Origin: Macrostomum lignano | Taxonomy: Eukaryota | Assembly: GCA_002269645.1 (NCBI GenBank) | Contig: NIVC01001364.1 | Span: forward strand, 124,001 to 188,000 | DNA length: 64,000 nt | Direction: 5' to 3' | The notes under the pieces: generated by a model | Told to the model about the DNA's origin: nothing | The model's database searches: none | Seen by the model: the letters and a program-made list of their open reading frames with translations, nothing else | Program-made: the position numbers and the translations under genes | In this document: piece by piece, positions 33,016 to 43,659 of the stretch | How the letters are laid out: each line of letters opens with the position of its first letter | Numbering within the stretch: position 1 is the first letter of the stretch

Positions 33016-33860
33016 TAGAACATGCATATATTCTACATGCTAAATAGAAAATAATGACTACAGCAGCAAGCACAGAGATATTTTTCCCAAAAATATTTTC
33101 GATGCATTTACAAATAGAGTCAGGCGATCGGAACCGCCAGTTTGATCCGCCCCCCCCTCTCCCCTGGTTGTCAGGGAGTCAGACAATCGTAGAACGCAGA
33201 TGGAAGGAGGAATAGAAAAAAAGCAGTAGTACTCGTAGTTGTTTCAACAAAAAGAGACAATCCAGACCTTGTTGGCAGCTGCAGCAGCTGCGAGCCGAGC
33301 TGTGTAAGCACGCGTGGTAGAAAGAGGATTTCAAAGCTGTTAGCTAATCACCCTGTTTTTCTGCATGGTTGAACTCCACACTGCCTGTTCCTGTTGCGAT
33401 TAACTCTCTGTCTTTCCGTGAAATACGTATATAGGCTTCGTTTCGAATTCAACGGGGTGGCTGGTCCGATGAGAATAACTCGAACTATTTATCCACTGCG
33501 TTAATTATAGGCACATTATCATCCAATCTGAGGAAGTTGAAACTTTCACCTGTGGAACTTCACTGGCACATTAGGTGTATTCACGTGAAACTGCATCGGA
33601 CCGTGAACTGGGAAATGCGTGAATTTGGGGAAAGACAGGGAGGAGTGGACAAGCCAAAGGGCCGAATTTATTTCAGAAGTGCTATCCATTTTCAGTAATT
33701 ATACATGCACCTGTTAGGTAAGGGTCACTTAACAGTATTCATATCTTCCTCGCTTCTGATATTTCTGATACTCATTTTACGCACGCATTAGCTGATAGAA
33801 AATTCAATTTTGCTCCCTCTGCCTCCTCCCGGGCTCATCACTCCATCCTCCTTACATCAT

Positions 33861-34288
33861 AGTGTACGTAGGTCGTTTCTTTCCTTTCCATTGACACACC
33901 ACCCCACTCCGCTTTCTCACTGTGCAGTGTACATAGGTTGTTTATTTCCTTTCCATTGACACACCACCCCACTCCGCTTTCTCACTGTGCAGTGTACATA
34001 GGTTGTTTATTTCCTTTCCATTGACACACCACCCCACTCCGCTTTCTCACTGTGCAGTGTACATAGGTTGTTTATTTCCTTTCCATTGACACACCACCCC
34101 ACTCCGCTTTCTCACTGTACAGTGTACATAAGTTGCTTATTTCCTTTCCATTGACACACCACCCCACTCCGCTTTCTCACTGTACAGTGTACATAAGTTG
34201 CTTATTTCCTTTCCATTGACACACCACCCCACTCCGCTTTCTCACTGTACAGTGTACATAGGCCGCTTATTTCTTTTCCATTGACACC
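33861..34288. repeat. 65-bp minisatellite, ~6.5 copies
   Basis: ttccattgacacaccaccccactccgc recurs every 65 bp. Confidence 0.95.
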
Positions 34289-35492
34289 ATTGTCTACTGT
34301 AGGGCGTATGCCGATTATTAACAGATAGTCCAATAGACGTGTCTAAGCTGATATCTAAATTTACAAAAAGCAGACAATTGAAAAAATGGATTCAATAATG
34401 AAATTCTAAAAATAAGTGCATTAAATTATCAATACGAGTAAAACTCAAACTCAAAGCATTGTTCTCCAGACATGATTATTATTGGGTGTGAAACTGTACT
34501 ATGACCCAGTGTATATTCCCACTGTATATTCTCAAAGCGTTAAAAAGGCTCAACTAAAAGTCCTAGGCAGATGGGATAGAAACAAGTTACTTTTATTAAT
34601 ATTCCAAGACTACTATTCCCCAGCAGACACAGGACACAGGGAGATTACAGCTGAAAGATTAGGGAATAAACTTTGTTTTACTCATAGTCCGCCATAAAAT
34701 TGATTGAAGAATAATAATCCGCGCAATCTGCCTGCCGGTTTTGGAAAATGAATTTAGTCAAGAGCTCCCCGACCCATCCAAGCGGTAAGTAAGACTTCCG
34801 TCTTCAAAGGTCTTAAGGTCTGGGGGGAGCTGCGGGAAAGCTAGAGCAAAGAGATGTTGCGTGTCGCAATGGTCTAGTTAGTTAAAGTCAATTAGCCGCT
34901 ATTGAGGACCCCTGACGAAAATACTGCACATATCTTTAGCCCTGTGTGGGAGGTTGGAAGCCGAAACTATGCCAAAAGTTCCATATTTCGAAAAATTAAT
35001 TTTGGATCCGATTCTATTCTTCATCAAGCACAGGGGCCGCGTGTTCTATCTTGGGGACATGTTGTCAAAAAATCCTTCTAAAGGAGATTAAAGAAAAAGA
35101 CAAAGAGAAGCCGAGTCAAAGCAAAGAGCGAGGATATTCCGAGACGGTCGCACTTCCGCTGCCCCAGAGTGTAGGGACAATCTCCATCTACTTATACCCC
35201 TGATTAGATCCGCAATTCTTCTTGGGTTCCTGGAGTTCTCGAATGTGGCAAGTCCTGGGCGAGTCCGAAATCGAATAATACGCCAATTCCCTGGGCGGCT
35301 CCTCAAATGCTCGAATGGAATGAACGCCTGTTCAGTGTATGCAGAAGAAATGTATGACAGTTCGTTTAGATAATACTATATACACAGTTGAGCCCTATCA
35401 GTGCGTTTCACGAATGATTGTTGCTTGTACATACAAGCTAGTAAAAGTACAATTGCGCAAGCTGCAAAACAACAACAACAACAACAACAACA

Positions 35493-35830
35493 AGTCGCTT
35501 GGACGGACCAGGCCGGCGCGGTGATACAAAGCCGCGTTGGTCACTCGCTCGTAGCCGATCTTGAAGGCGGCGCGCAGCAGGCCAGCGTGCACCGCGTCAA
35601 CTTGTTGCTCGAGCGACTTTGTCGGCGTCCAGGTCTCGGCGTTGTACAGCAGAACGGTCTCGATCACCGCCTGGAACAACGCCGCCCTCTGGCGGTCAGG
35701 TAAGGCCTCGGACTGCAGGACTGCCCTCACAGAACGAAAGGCAGCCCAGGCAAGCCCGCGGCGACGCCGCAAATCCTCGCGGACGCCGGGAACCAGACCG
35801 CCGAGGTAGACGAACTGCTGATAACGCGGA
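35493..35830 (-). mobile_element. Fragment of a non-LTR retrotransposon (RTE-like) ORF2, end of RT and downstream region
   Basis: FVYLGG...RRRRGLAWAAF...VIETVLLYNAETWT...LLRAA matches the FxYLG and LLYxxETW motifs C-terminal to LINE RT domains. Truncated, and abuts a (CAA)n run. Confidence 0.8.
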
Positions 35831-36458
35831 AGCTGTAAAAAGAACGATTGTAACGTTCCATCAACGTCATCGGTCATGGCATGTGGCCACGACCACGAGG
35901 CATGTGGAGCTGTAGTAGGCATGTGGATGATGTGGCGGGCCAGCTGGTGTGGTACAGCTGGTCGCTTGAACTGATCAGGCGATTGATCAGGACTGAGTAT
36001 GCGTCACACTACCCAGAAGATAAAATTATTTCTAATACATTCTGCAGCGCGAAACAAATGTCTGTCCTAGTACGCACTAGCGCATTTAATTCAGCGAAGA
36101 ACAATAGTGGAAAATGTGGCGTCTGCTTGCTCACTGTCAATAAGAACAGGGAGAGACAAGTGCTGGCGTACTTGCTTTGCAAATACTCGAATTAGGAATC
36201 TTACTCCGCGCAAGGGAGAAACAGATAGCATCCGACGTGTCGTATTATCAGAGCTGAAAAAACCTTCATAAGTGCAACTCAATGCACTCATCTTGAACCC
36301 TTTGCACGCAGAAACAATGGGTCTACATACTTCCCACAGCCCTTTTTCTCTTTAAATAACTTAGGAACTCATTTCTTCCTGCTTGCGAAGCTGATACTTC
36401 AATCCTTATCTAACCCTTGTCTCCAATTTTGTCGATAGCCTAACAATCGCAGCACCCT

Positions 36459-36795
36459 AATCTACTCCTTTCCTCCAGTTGTGTCTATGGTCTTACTCTC
36501 ACCACCCTGATCTACTCCTTCCCTCCAGTTGTGTCTATGGCCTGACTCTCACCATCCTGATCTACTTCTTCCCTCCAGTTGTGTCTATGGCCTGACTCTC
36601 ACCACCCTGATCTACTTCTTCCCTCCAGTTGTGTCTATGGCCTGACTCACCACCCTGATCTACTTCTTCCCTCCAGTTGTGTCTATGGCCTGACTCTCAC
36701 CACCCTGATCTACTCCTTCCCTCCAGTTGTGTCTATGGCCTGACTCTCACCACCCTGATCTACTCCTTCCCTCCAGTTGTGTCTATGGCCTGACA
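36459..36795. repeat. 50-bp minisatellite, ~6.5 copies
   Basis: gtgtctatgg recurs at 36481, 36531, 36581 and onward. Confidence 0.95.
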
Positions 36796-37080
36796 AAATT
36801 TGCTAGCATCCGAAAGGTCATTAAGGTCAGCTCGCAGACAAACCAACAAACCAGTTGCTTTTTAGCGCTTGAGGAATGGAACTAAATGTTTACTATGCCT
36901 TAATGATCAGAGTTTAAATCACTACAAAGTACGTCATTCACGCGACGGTATCAGCTTTATATTTTTGTACTTATTAAGGTTTAAAAAACCTTGTAATTTC
37001 GTGTTTACAGTAGGTTAATCGGGTATTACGTATTTTCAATACTGGTTGGTAATATATGGGAGTTTTTTTATGTTCTCAGC

Positions 37081-38629
37081 CAGTGTTGGGCAAGTTACTC
37101 AAAAAAAGTAACTTGCGTTACTGTAACTTAAGTTACCAATTTTTAAAAAGTAACTTACGTTAGCCTAGTAACTTTAGACAAAAACCTGGTAACTTTTAAG
37201 TTACTGTCCGTTACTCACTTCCGTTACCCATGTTATTAACAAAATTTTCTGCTTTTTTCACATTGCACATTTTTTCACATTGTTGTTACCGAAATTTGCC
37301 ATTGGGCATTGGGATTAACCGATTAACAGACAGAGACAGGAATTGGCGACACGATGTGAGGCAAGTAGAAGGACCAATGGGCAATGGCAATCAATAATTA
37401 AAATTATAAATGATAAAATAAACGAATATCAAAAATTCAATAGAGTAAAATAAATAGAACTGTATAAAATGGTCTAGTGTACTGCACAAGGACGACTTAA
37501 GTAGAAGGACGGGAAACCTCGTTTCCTAGAAAAGTTCTGAAGGCACTTTTTCCCGAAAAAATACACTACGGAGATAGGAAGTTTTCATTTTTTCAGCACA
37601 AAAATTGTTATTGCGTTTGATAGGAGGCAGATCCAGTGTTCATCTTTTGATATGTTGTGCCTTTTTTATTGCTCTATCGATATTTTTAAAGCTTTTCGTT
37701 CAGAAAATTAGGATTCTATGTTAATTTTTTATTCTACGTATATTTCCTGTATCTAAAAATCACAAAAATGCATGACACAGCTCCAATATTTGGTTTTATG
37801 AACCTATTTTATCATCTCTGTTACAAATATTTGCTACACAGTCGGGTAAGAATTATAAAAAAGACTCATGAAGCTAAAGAGCCGAGCCGTGGCATTCTAA
37901 TGTATTTCAAGCACAAGACACGCGAAAATATACGTAGAATAAAAAATTAACATAGAATCCTAATTTTCTGAACGAAAAGCTTTATAAATATCGATAGAGC
38001 AATAAAAAAGGTACAACATATCAAAAGATGAACACTGGATCTGCCTCCTATCAAACGCAATAACAATTTTTGTGCTGAAAAAATGAAAACTTCCTATCTC
38101 CGTAGTGTATTTTTTCGGGAAAAAGTGCCTTCAAAACTTTTCTAAGAAACGAGGTTTCCCGTCCTTCTACTTAAGTCGTCCTTGGTACTGCAGTGCCAGT
38201 GGAGGGACTTGTGGAGGCTACAGATGAATTTCTTTCTTTGGTTTTTTGTTTGAATCAAACCTAGAAAATTTTTAGTAACGATCGAAAATGAAAGGCGAAA
38301 ATATTTTACGGAAATTAACAAAGTAAAACATGTTTCAAGTATTTCTTCAATAATTAAGCGCAATACCATATGATACTATTACTTAATTTTGAATTTAGGA
38401 ATGAAAAATGCAAAAACATGTGACAACCGGCGTACTAGCTAAGAATTTCAGTTTTAAATTTAAATATGGCGATTGTTGAAAAGTAACTGTAACGGACTTC
38501 CGAAATTTGAGTAACTTACCGTTACTCCGTTACTAAAATAAAAAAGTAACTTGCGTAAGGAACGCTTTACGAAAAAGTAACTTGCGTTACCATTTGCAAG
38601 TTACTCGGTAACGGAAGTGCCCAACACTG
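37081..38629. mobile_element. Non-autonomous hAT-type DNA transposon
   Basis: Perfect 12-bp TIR CAGTGTTGGGCA; 8-bp TSD TTCTCAGC (37073-37080 and 38630-38637); many subterminal GTAAC/GTTAC motifs; no transposase. Confidence 0.9.
37487..38184. mobile_element. Nested 698-bp MITE with ~260-bp terminal inverted repeats
   Basis: 37487-~37747 is the reverse complement of ~37924-38184 with few mismatches; 8-bp TSD GTACTGCA (37479-37486 and 38185-38192); ends CAAGGACGAC. Confidence 0.92.
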
Positions 38630-39201
38630 TTCTCAGCACAGACAGGTATTTTACAAGCAAAATAGTTTTGCCGATTCTTTCTACTCAGTAGGCAAATCTT
38701 CCGTCTCGAAATCAGTCTCTATGCGCCGCGTGCTGCAGAATACGGACTGGCGGATTAACCCCGCTATCTGGCAGTCTGCGACCCGCGCACCTGACGTTAT
38801 TTAATGCCGCTAATCCCACTTGTCAGCCGGTCCGACGCCCTCGCCTACTTCCAAATGAAATTTAAAAATTGATTTTTTGTCGAGTCAGCGACTGTGAAAT
38901 CAGACTCGGGTCAGGTTGAGCCAGAAAAGCTTCTTCGAGCGTCACCGGGAGGCCACTCGAATAGGTGCGTTGTCTCAATTATTCCCCATCCCTGAGAGGC
39001 CGCCCAATCCCAAAGCGCTGGCAACCCATCCAGGCTTGACAATCCTTATTGGTTGTGCCTTGAAGCCAGCCCCTCTCGCCTCTGCGGGGATAAAACAGAT
39101 CGACTTGGCTGCAATCCGACCCCCTCTTCGCTAGATCATCAGTCCCCTATATCCCTTAACGCACAGATTCATCCGGTAGAGACTCGACCTCGGCAGCAAA
39201 A

Positions 39202-40039
39202 ATGCAATGCAGCGTTCTGGCGCCAATGCTGGCGCTTCTGATGGCGGCGCTTATCTGTGCATCGTCCACTCGAGCTGACGTGAGTCACTTCTGACCTCTC
39301 ACTTTTGTCTTTAATATTCTTACCAGTGAATGCCAAGTTGCACCGGTTCGATACTGCCTGATCACCTTTGTAGTCGCTTCATCACCACGGTGCGTCAGAC
39401 CAGGAGCTTCAAGATCAAACCGAAAAGAGGGCCTACTTTGATCCGATGGGATACGGCAAGAGGGCCTACTTCGATCCCATGGGATACGGCAAGAAGAAGA
39501 GGGCCTACTTCGATCCCATGGGATACGGCAAGAAGAAGAGGGCCTACTTCGATCCCATGGGATACGGCAAGAGGGCCTACTTCGATCCCATGGGATACGG
39601 CAAGAGGGCCTACTTCGATCCCATGGGATACGGCAAGAAGAAGAGGGCCTACTTCGATCCCATGGGATACGGCAAGAAGAAGAGGGCTTACTTTGATCCC
39701 ATGGGATACGGCAAGAAGAAGAGGGCCTACTTTGATCCCATGGGATACGGAAAGAAGAAGAGGGCCTACTTTGATCCCATGGGATACGGAAAGAAGAAGA
39801 GGGCCTACTTTGATCCCATGGGATACGGAAAGAAGAAGAGGGCCTACTTTGATCCCATGGGATACGGCAAGAAGAAGAGGGCCTACTTTGATCCCATGGG
39901 ATACGGAAAGAAGAAGAGGGCCTACTTTGATCCCATGGGATACGGCAAGAAGAAGAGGGCCTACTTTGATCCCATGGGATACGGCAAGAAGAAGAGGGCT
40001 TACTTTGATCCCATGGGATACGGCAAGCGCAGTACTTAG
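39202..40039 (+). CDS. Multi-copy neuropeptide precursor (247 aa; 16 x AYFDPMGY-amide); exons 39202-39279 and 39374-40039
   Basis: Exon 1 (aaaATG) encodes the signal peptide MQCSVLAPMLALLMAALICASSTRA(D) and ends GAC|GTGAGT. The 94-bp intron ends ctttgtag|. Exon 2 reads SLHHHGASDQELQDQTE-KR, then 16 AYFDPMGYG units separated by KR or KKKR, ending KRST*. Confidence 0.93.
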
Positions 40040-40971
40040 CAAAATCATCATTTGAGACAGCAAATTTGAATTTATTCAGCTTGTCAACCAACAAACACAA
40101 AAATGTCCAGATATTGACTTCGTCCTTGAAACTGTTAGAAGCGAGGAGCGACGAGCCGTGAAAGACTCTGACTCGTCTTTGTTTCTGGCTCAACAAAGAC
40201 TTCTCTAAGTTGCGCCACAGTTTTCTAGCTCTTTGTTCAGAGTGTATTAAACCAATGAAAGATTTCGAAATATAAAAAACAACAAGGCACTTTTATGTAG
40301 CACAAATAAGCCTTGATGGCTTGATCCTCAAGTGTGCACTGTAAAAATGCAATTAAGGGTTCAGTTAGTTAATCATGGCATTGATGTCGTTTGCATATGC
40401 CTGACGATTAGAAAGTTAGATTAACATTCTATGCTACTCAAGACCAGTAGTATTTCAACAACTGTGTTAAAAGTATCGACAAGAAGCTTATCTCGTATTA
40501 ATATTTTACTGAGCAGCATCAGAGATTCACAAGTAACCAAATCTTGCACGAAAAAGCAGAAAGTCGTTCCGTTTTGAAGATTTTTTAAAGTAACTTGATG
40601 AAGCCAAATCTGTAGCAATTTCTTGACTTGAAATCGCTTTCAACTTTTCTTCTTTGGCTTTGTCTTTTCTGTGCGTCTTTCTGCCAGCTGCACGAAGTGT
40701 TTTCGCCTTTGTGTCCTCAGTTGATGTCGCCCTTTCTGGGTACATCTTTAGGCAATCCTGGCATTATGGGTATTAAAGGCTTAGAGTGGGCTGAAACACG
40801 CCAGTTTGTCTCTAAGGTGCGGAACAGAGAGGCTAAACAGGATTACCTATTGCCAATCAAAATGATTGACACTTCCCTGCGTGTCTGACAGTAACCTGGC
40901 GGACAACTGCTTGAAGTGCGATGGTTCATTAATCCAGAAATTAATGAATTTCTCTCTAGTTTTAGTTCCTC

Positions 40972-41184
<213 letters not shown>

Positions 41185-42314
41185 GTTAGTGTATGTGTGT
41201 TTGCGTAGACTCTCCGTCGGTTTAAAAGCCTCGTTAGCGGGACCTTTCGATTACATGGACCCTTTAAGTGGACCACTTTAAATTTCCTTGATGGGAAGTA
41301 CAGAGAGGGTTTATCTTGACTGACTGCATAGTCTGAAAGGCCAAAGTGTGGCCAAAGTCCCTCTACTTAAATTAGTTTAGATTTTAAGTATTGAGTATTT
41401 TAGTTTACAAGGACCTTTTAGCACAGTCCACCCAAACCACATCGCTGAGGTCCACCTAACCCGAAAACAGACAAATTTCACACATACATAGTGTATGTTT
41501 TGTTTGTATGAAAACTTATTTTTTTATGATATAGCTCTTTAAAATGCGTGTTTAAGCACATTGGGGCATTTTTGAGTTGCAGAAGCAAGCTTTCTAAACA
41601 GGCCGAAGTGATTGGAATGTAAAATAAAATTGAAGTTTCTGCTACAAACGAAGCTCCGATGTAGCCCATAATAACTAAAAATTCACGAGATGGTTTTATT
41701 TATTACTTGTGGTTTCTGAAACAAAACTGTTCACTAATATTCCTGTCGCTATCATGCTTGGAATAAATGCTTCATCAAGTGTTGATTTTAGAGAACCTAG
41801 ATTGAAGGCTATGCATGCTATGCATTTCTCATGCTGCATTTGCAGCATTGCTTAATTTAAGGAGACATAAAGACAAGAGCCCTGCTTACAGCACGGACTC
41901 CTAAAATAGTTTGTGTGCTTTATATTCAAACGTTTACAGCTTCGGCAACCGATAGGATAGGGCTGAATAATGAAACTTTAAAAGCCGAACCATCCTGACT
42001 GAGGTCCAAGCAAACCCCAAAGCTCATCAGCCAATCCTGTGCTTAAACGGACAGTCAAGAATGGGGTGGTTTAACTTTCATTCCTTACTGTCCGTCCGTT
42101 TGAACGTTGGTCATTTCCCTCTCTCCCTCCGAAGGGCTCTTATTGGTCTGTAGCTGGCTTAATCATCAAGGTCGAGGGTCTGAAATAGAGGGTCAACGTA
42201 AACATCTTCCTAATCACAAAAACAGACCAATTTCCAACCTCAAACAAGACTTCAACTTGAATTAGTTGGCCTCACAAGTTGGTTCTGCCAACTGGTTGTC
42301 CTTAACACGCCAGC

Positions 42315-43659
42315 ATGCAGAAAAAAAAGCCCCAAGCTAGTAGGCGTTTCTACGTTGAAAGGATTATCAAGTGCACGAAAAAGAAGCTCTACATAAAGTG
42401 GAAAGGATATTCTAGGTGAGTTTCAAAAGATTTATTCATCACTGCACTCTATTTATTATATATACTAAGAGTTGTTTCCATACGGCCATATCGGTTCGGC
42501 TAATAAACAGTGCTTCCATATTTTAGCAATCAAAATTCTTGGGAGCCACGAAGCAACATACCAACAAGTGTGATTCAAAGTCTGCATTCATCTTGCGGTA
42601 AGAATTTTTAGTTATCACGTGTAATAATCTTATTAAATAATTGACCGTCTAACTTCTGTGTCAGAAAAAAATGACAATCTAACTCTCTTTAAAAATCTAC
42701 CAAATTCAAAACATTCCAGAAAAATGCTTCCCGCCGAACGAGCAGCAGAAAACGATGACGGTAGGAACTCCTGACTTAACTGTTACTTAGATGTATGCCA
42801 CTTCATTCCGCAATCGAATCTTAAGGCACGATTTCATTCGAAAGCATTCCAATCTGAGAGGTGGGGTCCAGCTAAACCCTCATTGAATGTCGTTCACATT
42901 GACTGTGGGTGCTTCAAGCATCGACTGCCAAACATACTTTCAGACATGGGGTCCAGCTAAACCCTCATTGAATGTCGTTCACATTGACTGTGGGTGCTTC
43001 AAGCATCGACTGCCAAACATACTTTCAGACATGGGGTCCAGCTAAACCCTCATTGATTGTCGTTCACATTGAGTGTGGATGCTTCAAGCACCGACTGCCA
43101 AACATACTTTCAGACATGGGGTCCAGCTAAACCCTCATTGATTGTCGTTCACATTGAGTGTGGATGCTTCAAGCACTGACTGCCAAACAGACTTTCAGAC
43201 ATGGGATCCAGCTGAATCCTCATTGAGTCATAATATGTTTACATTAGTTCATCAAAATCAATCATTGTGCAGATGGGCAGCGACGTGACCATCCCACAAG
43301 CAGAGGGATCTTCTGCTGATGCTGACGCTGGCGACAGCGAACCGTGTGCATCTCGCGATGAGTCGAGTGTAGAGAAGGCGGCTACGAAGAAGACGACTTC
43401 CGTTCATAAGTCGCGTGAACAGCTCTCAGCATCGGCCAGGGTGTCGAGAGCTACTCAAGAGGCAGCGGCTGCTGGACAAACCCGGAAAAACCATCCTGGA
43501 GACAAGAAGAGCTCTCCTAGTACCTTGGCGCTCCAGTCATCGAAGGAGAATGCTATGGTTGAGGAATGCGACTCAAGTGCTGCTGATCTCATGATCACGT
43601 CATCTGCTAACAAAATACAAGACCGGAAACCGTCACCACAGCGTCAGCATTTTGAATCG
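42315..43659 (+). CDS. Chromodomain-containing protein, copy 1 (partial); exons 42315-42415, 42527-42597, 42665-42760, 42791-42860, 43248 (or 43273)-43659
   Basis: Exons 1+2 splice (AG|GTGAG...ttttag|C) to give FYVERIIKCTKKKLYIKWKGYSSNQNSWEPRSNI, a chromodomain with F, W and Y at the aromatic-cage positions. Downstream exons join in frame with phases 1, 1, 2. Exons 3-4 are less certain because intron 3 would be only 30 nt. Confidence 0.75.
42861..43247. repeat. 85-bp minisatellite monomers forming the predicted intron 4
   Basis: ggggtccagctaaaccctcattg... starts at 42863, 42948, 43033 and 43118. Confidence 0.95.

Noticed and set aside
39285-40196. Alternative-frame and antisense ORFs over the neuropeptide repeat (303, 241 and 222 aa)
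   Set aside because: Base changes are synonymous only in the AYFDPMGYG frame, which also has the signal peptide and processing sites.
40628-40888. ORF with a signal-peptide-like start (MKSLSTFLLWLCLF)
   Set aside because: It starts at TTG, is short, has no recognisable domain, and lies downstream of the neuropeptide stop, so it cannot be that gene's signal peptide.
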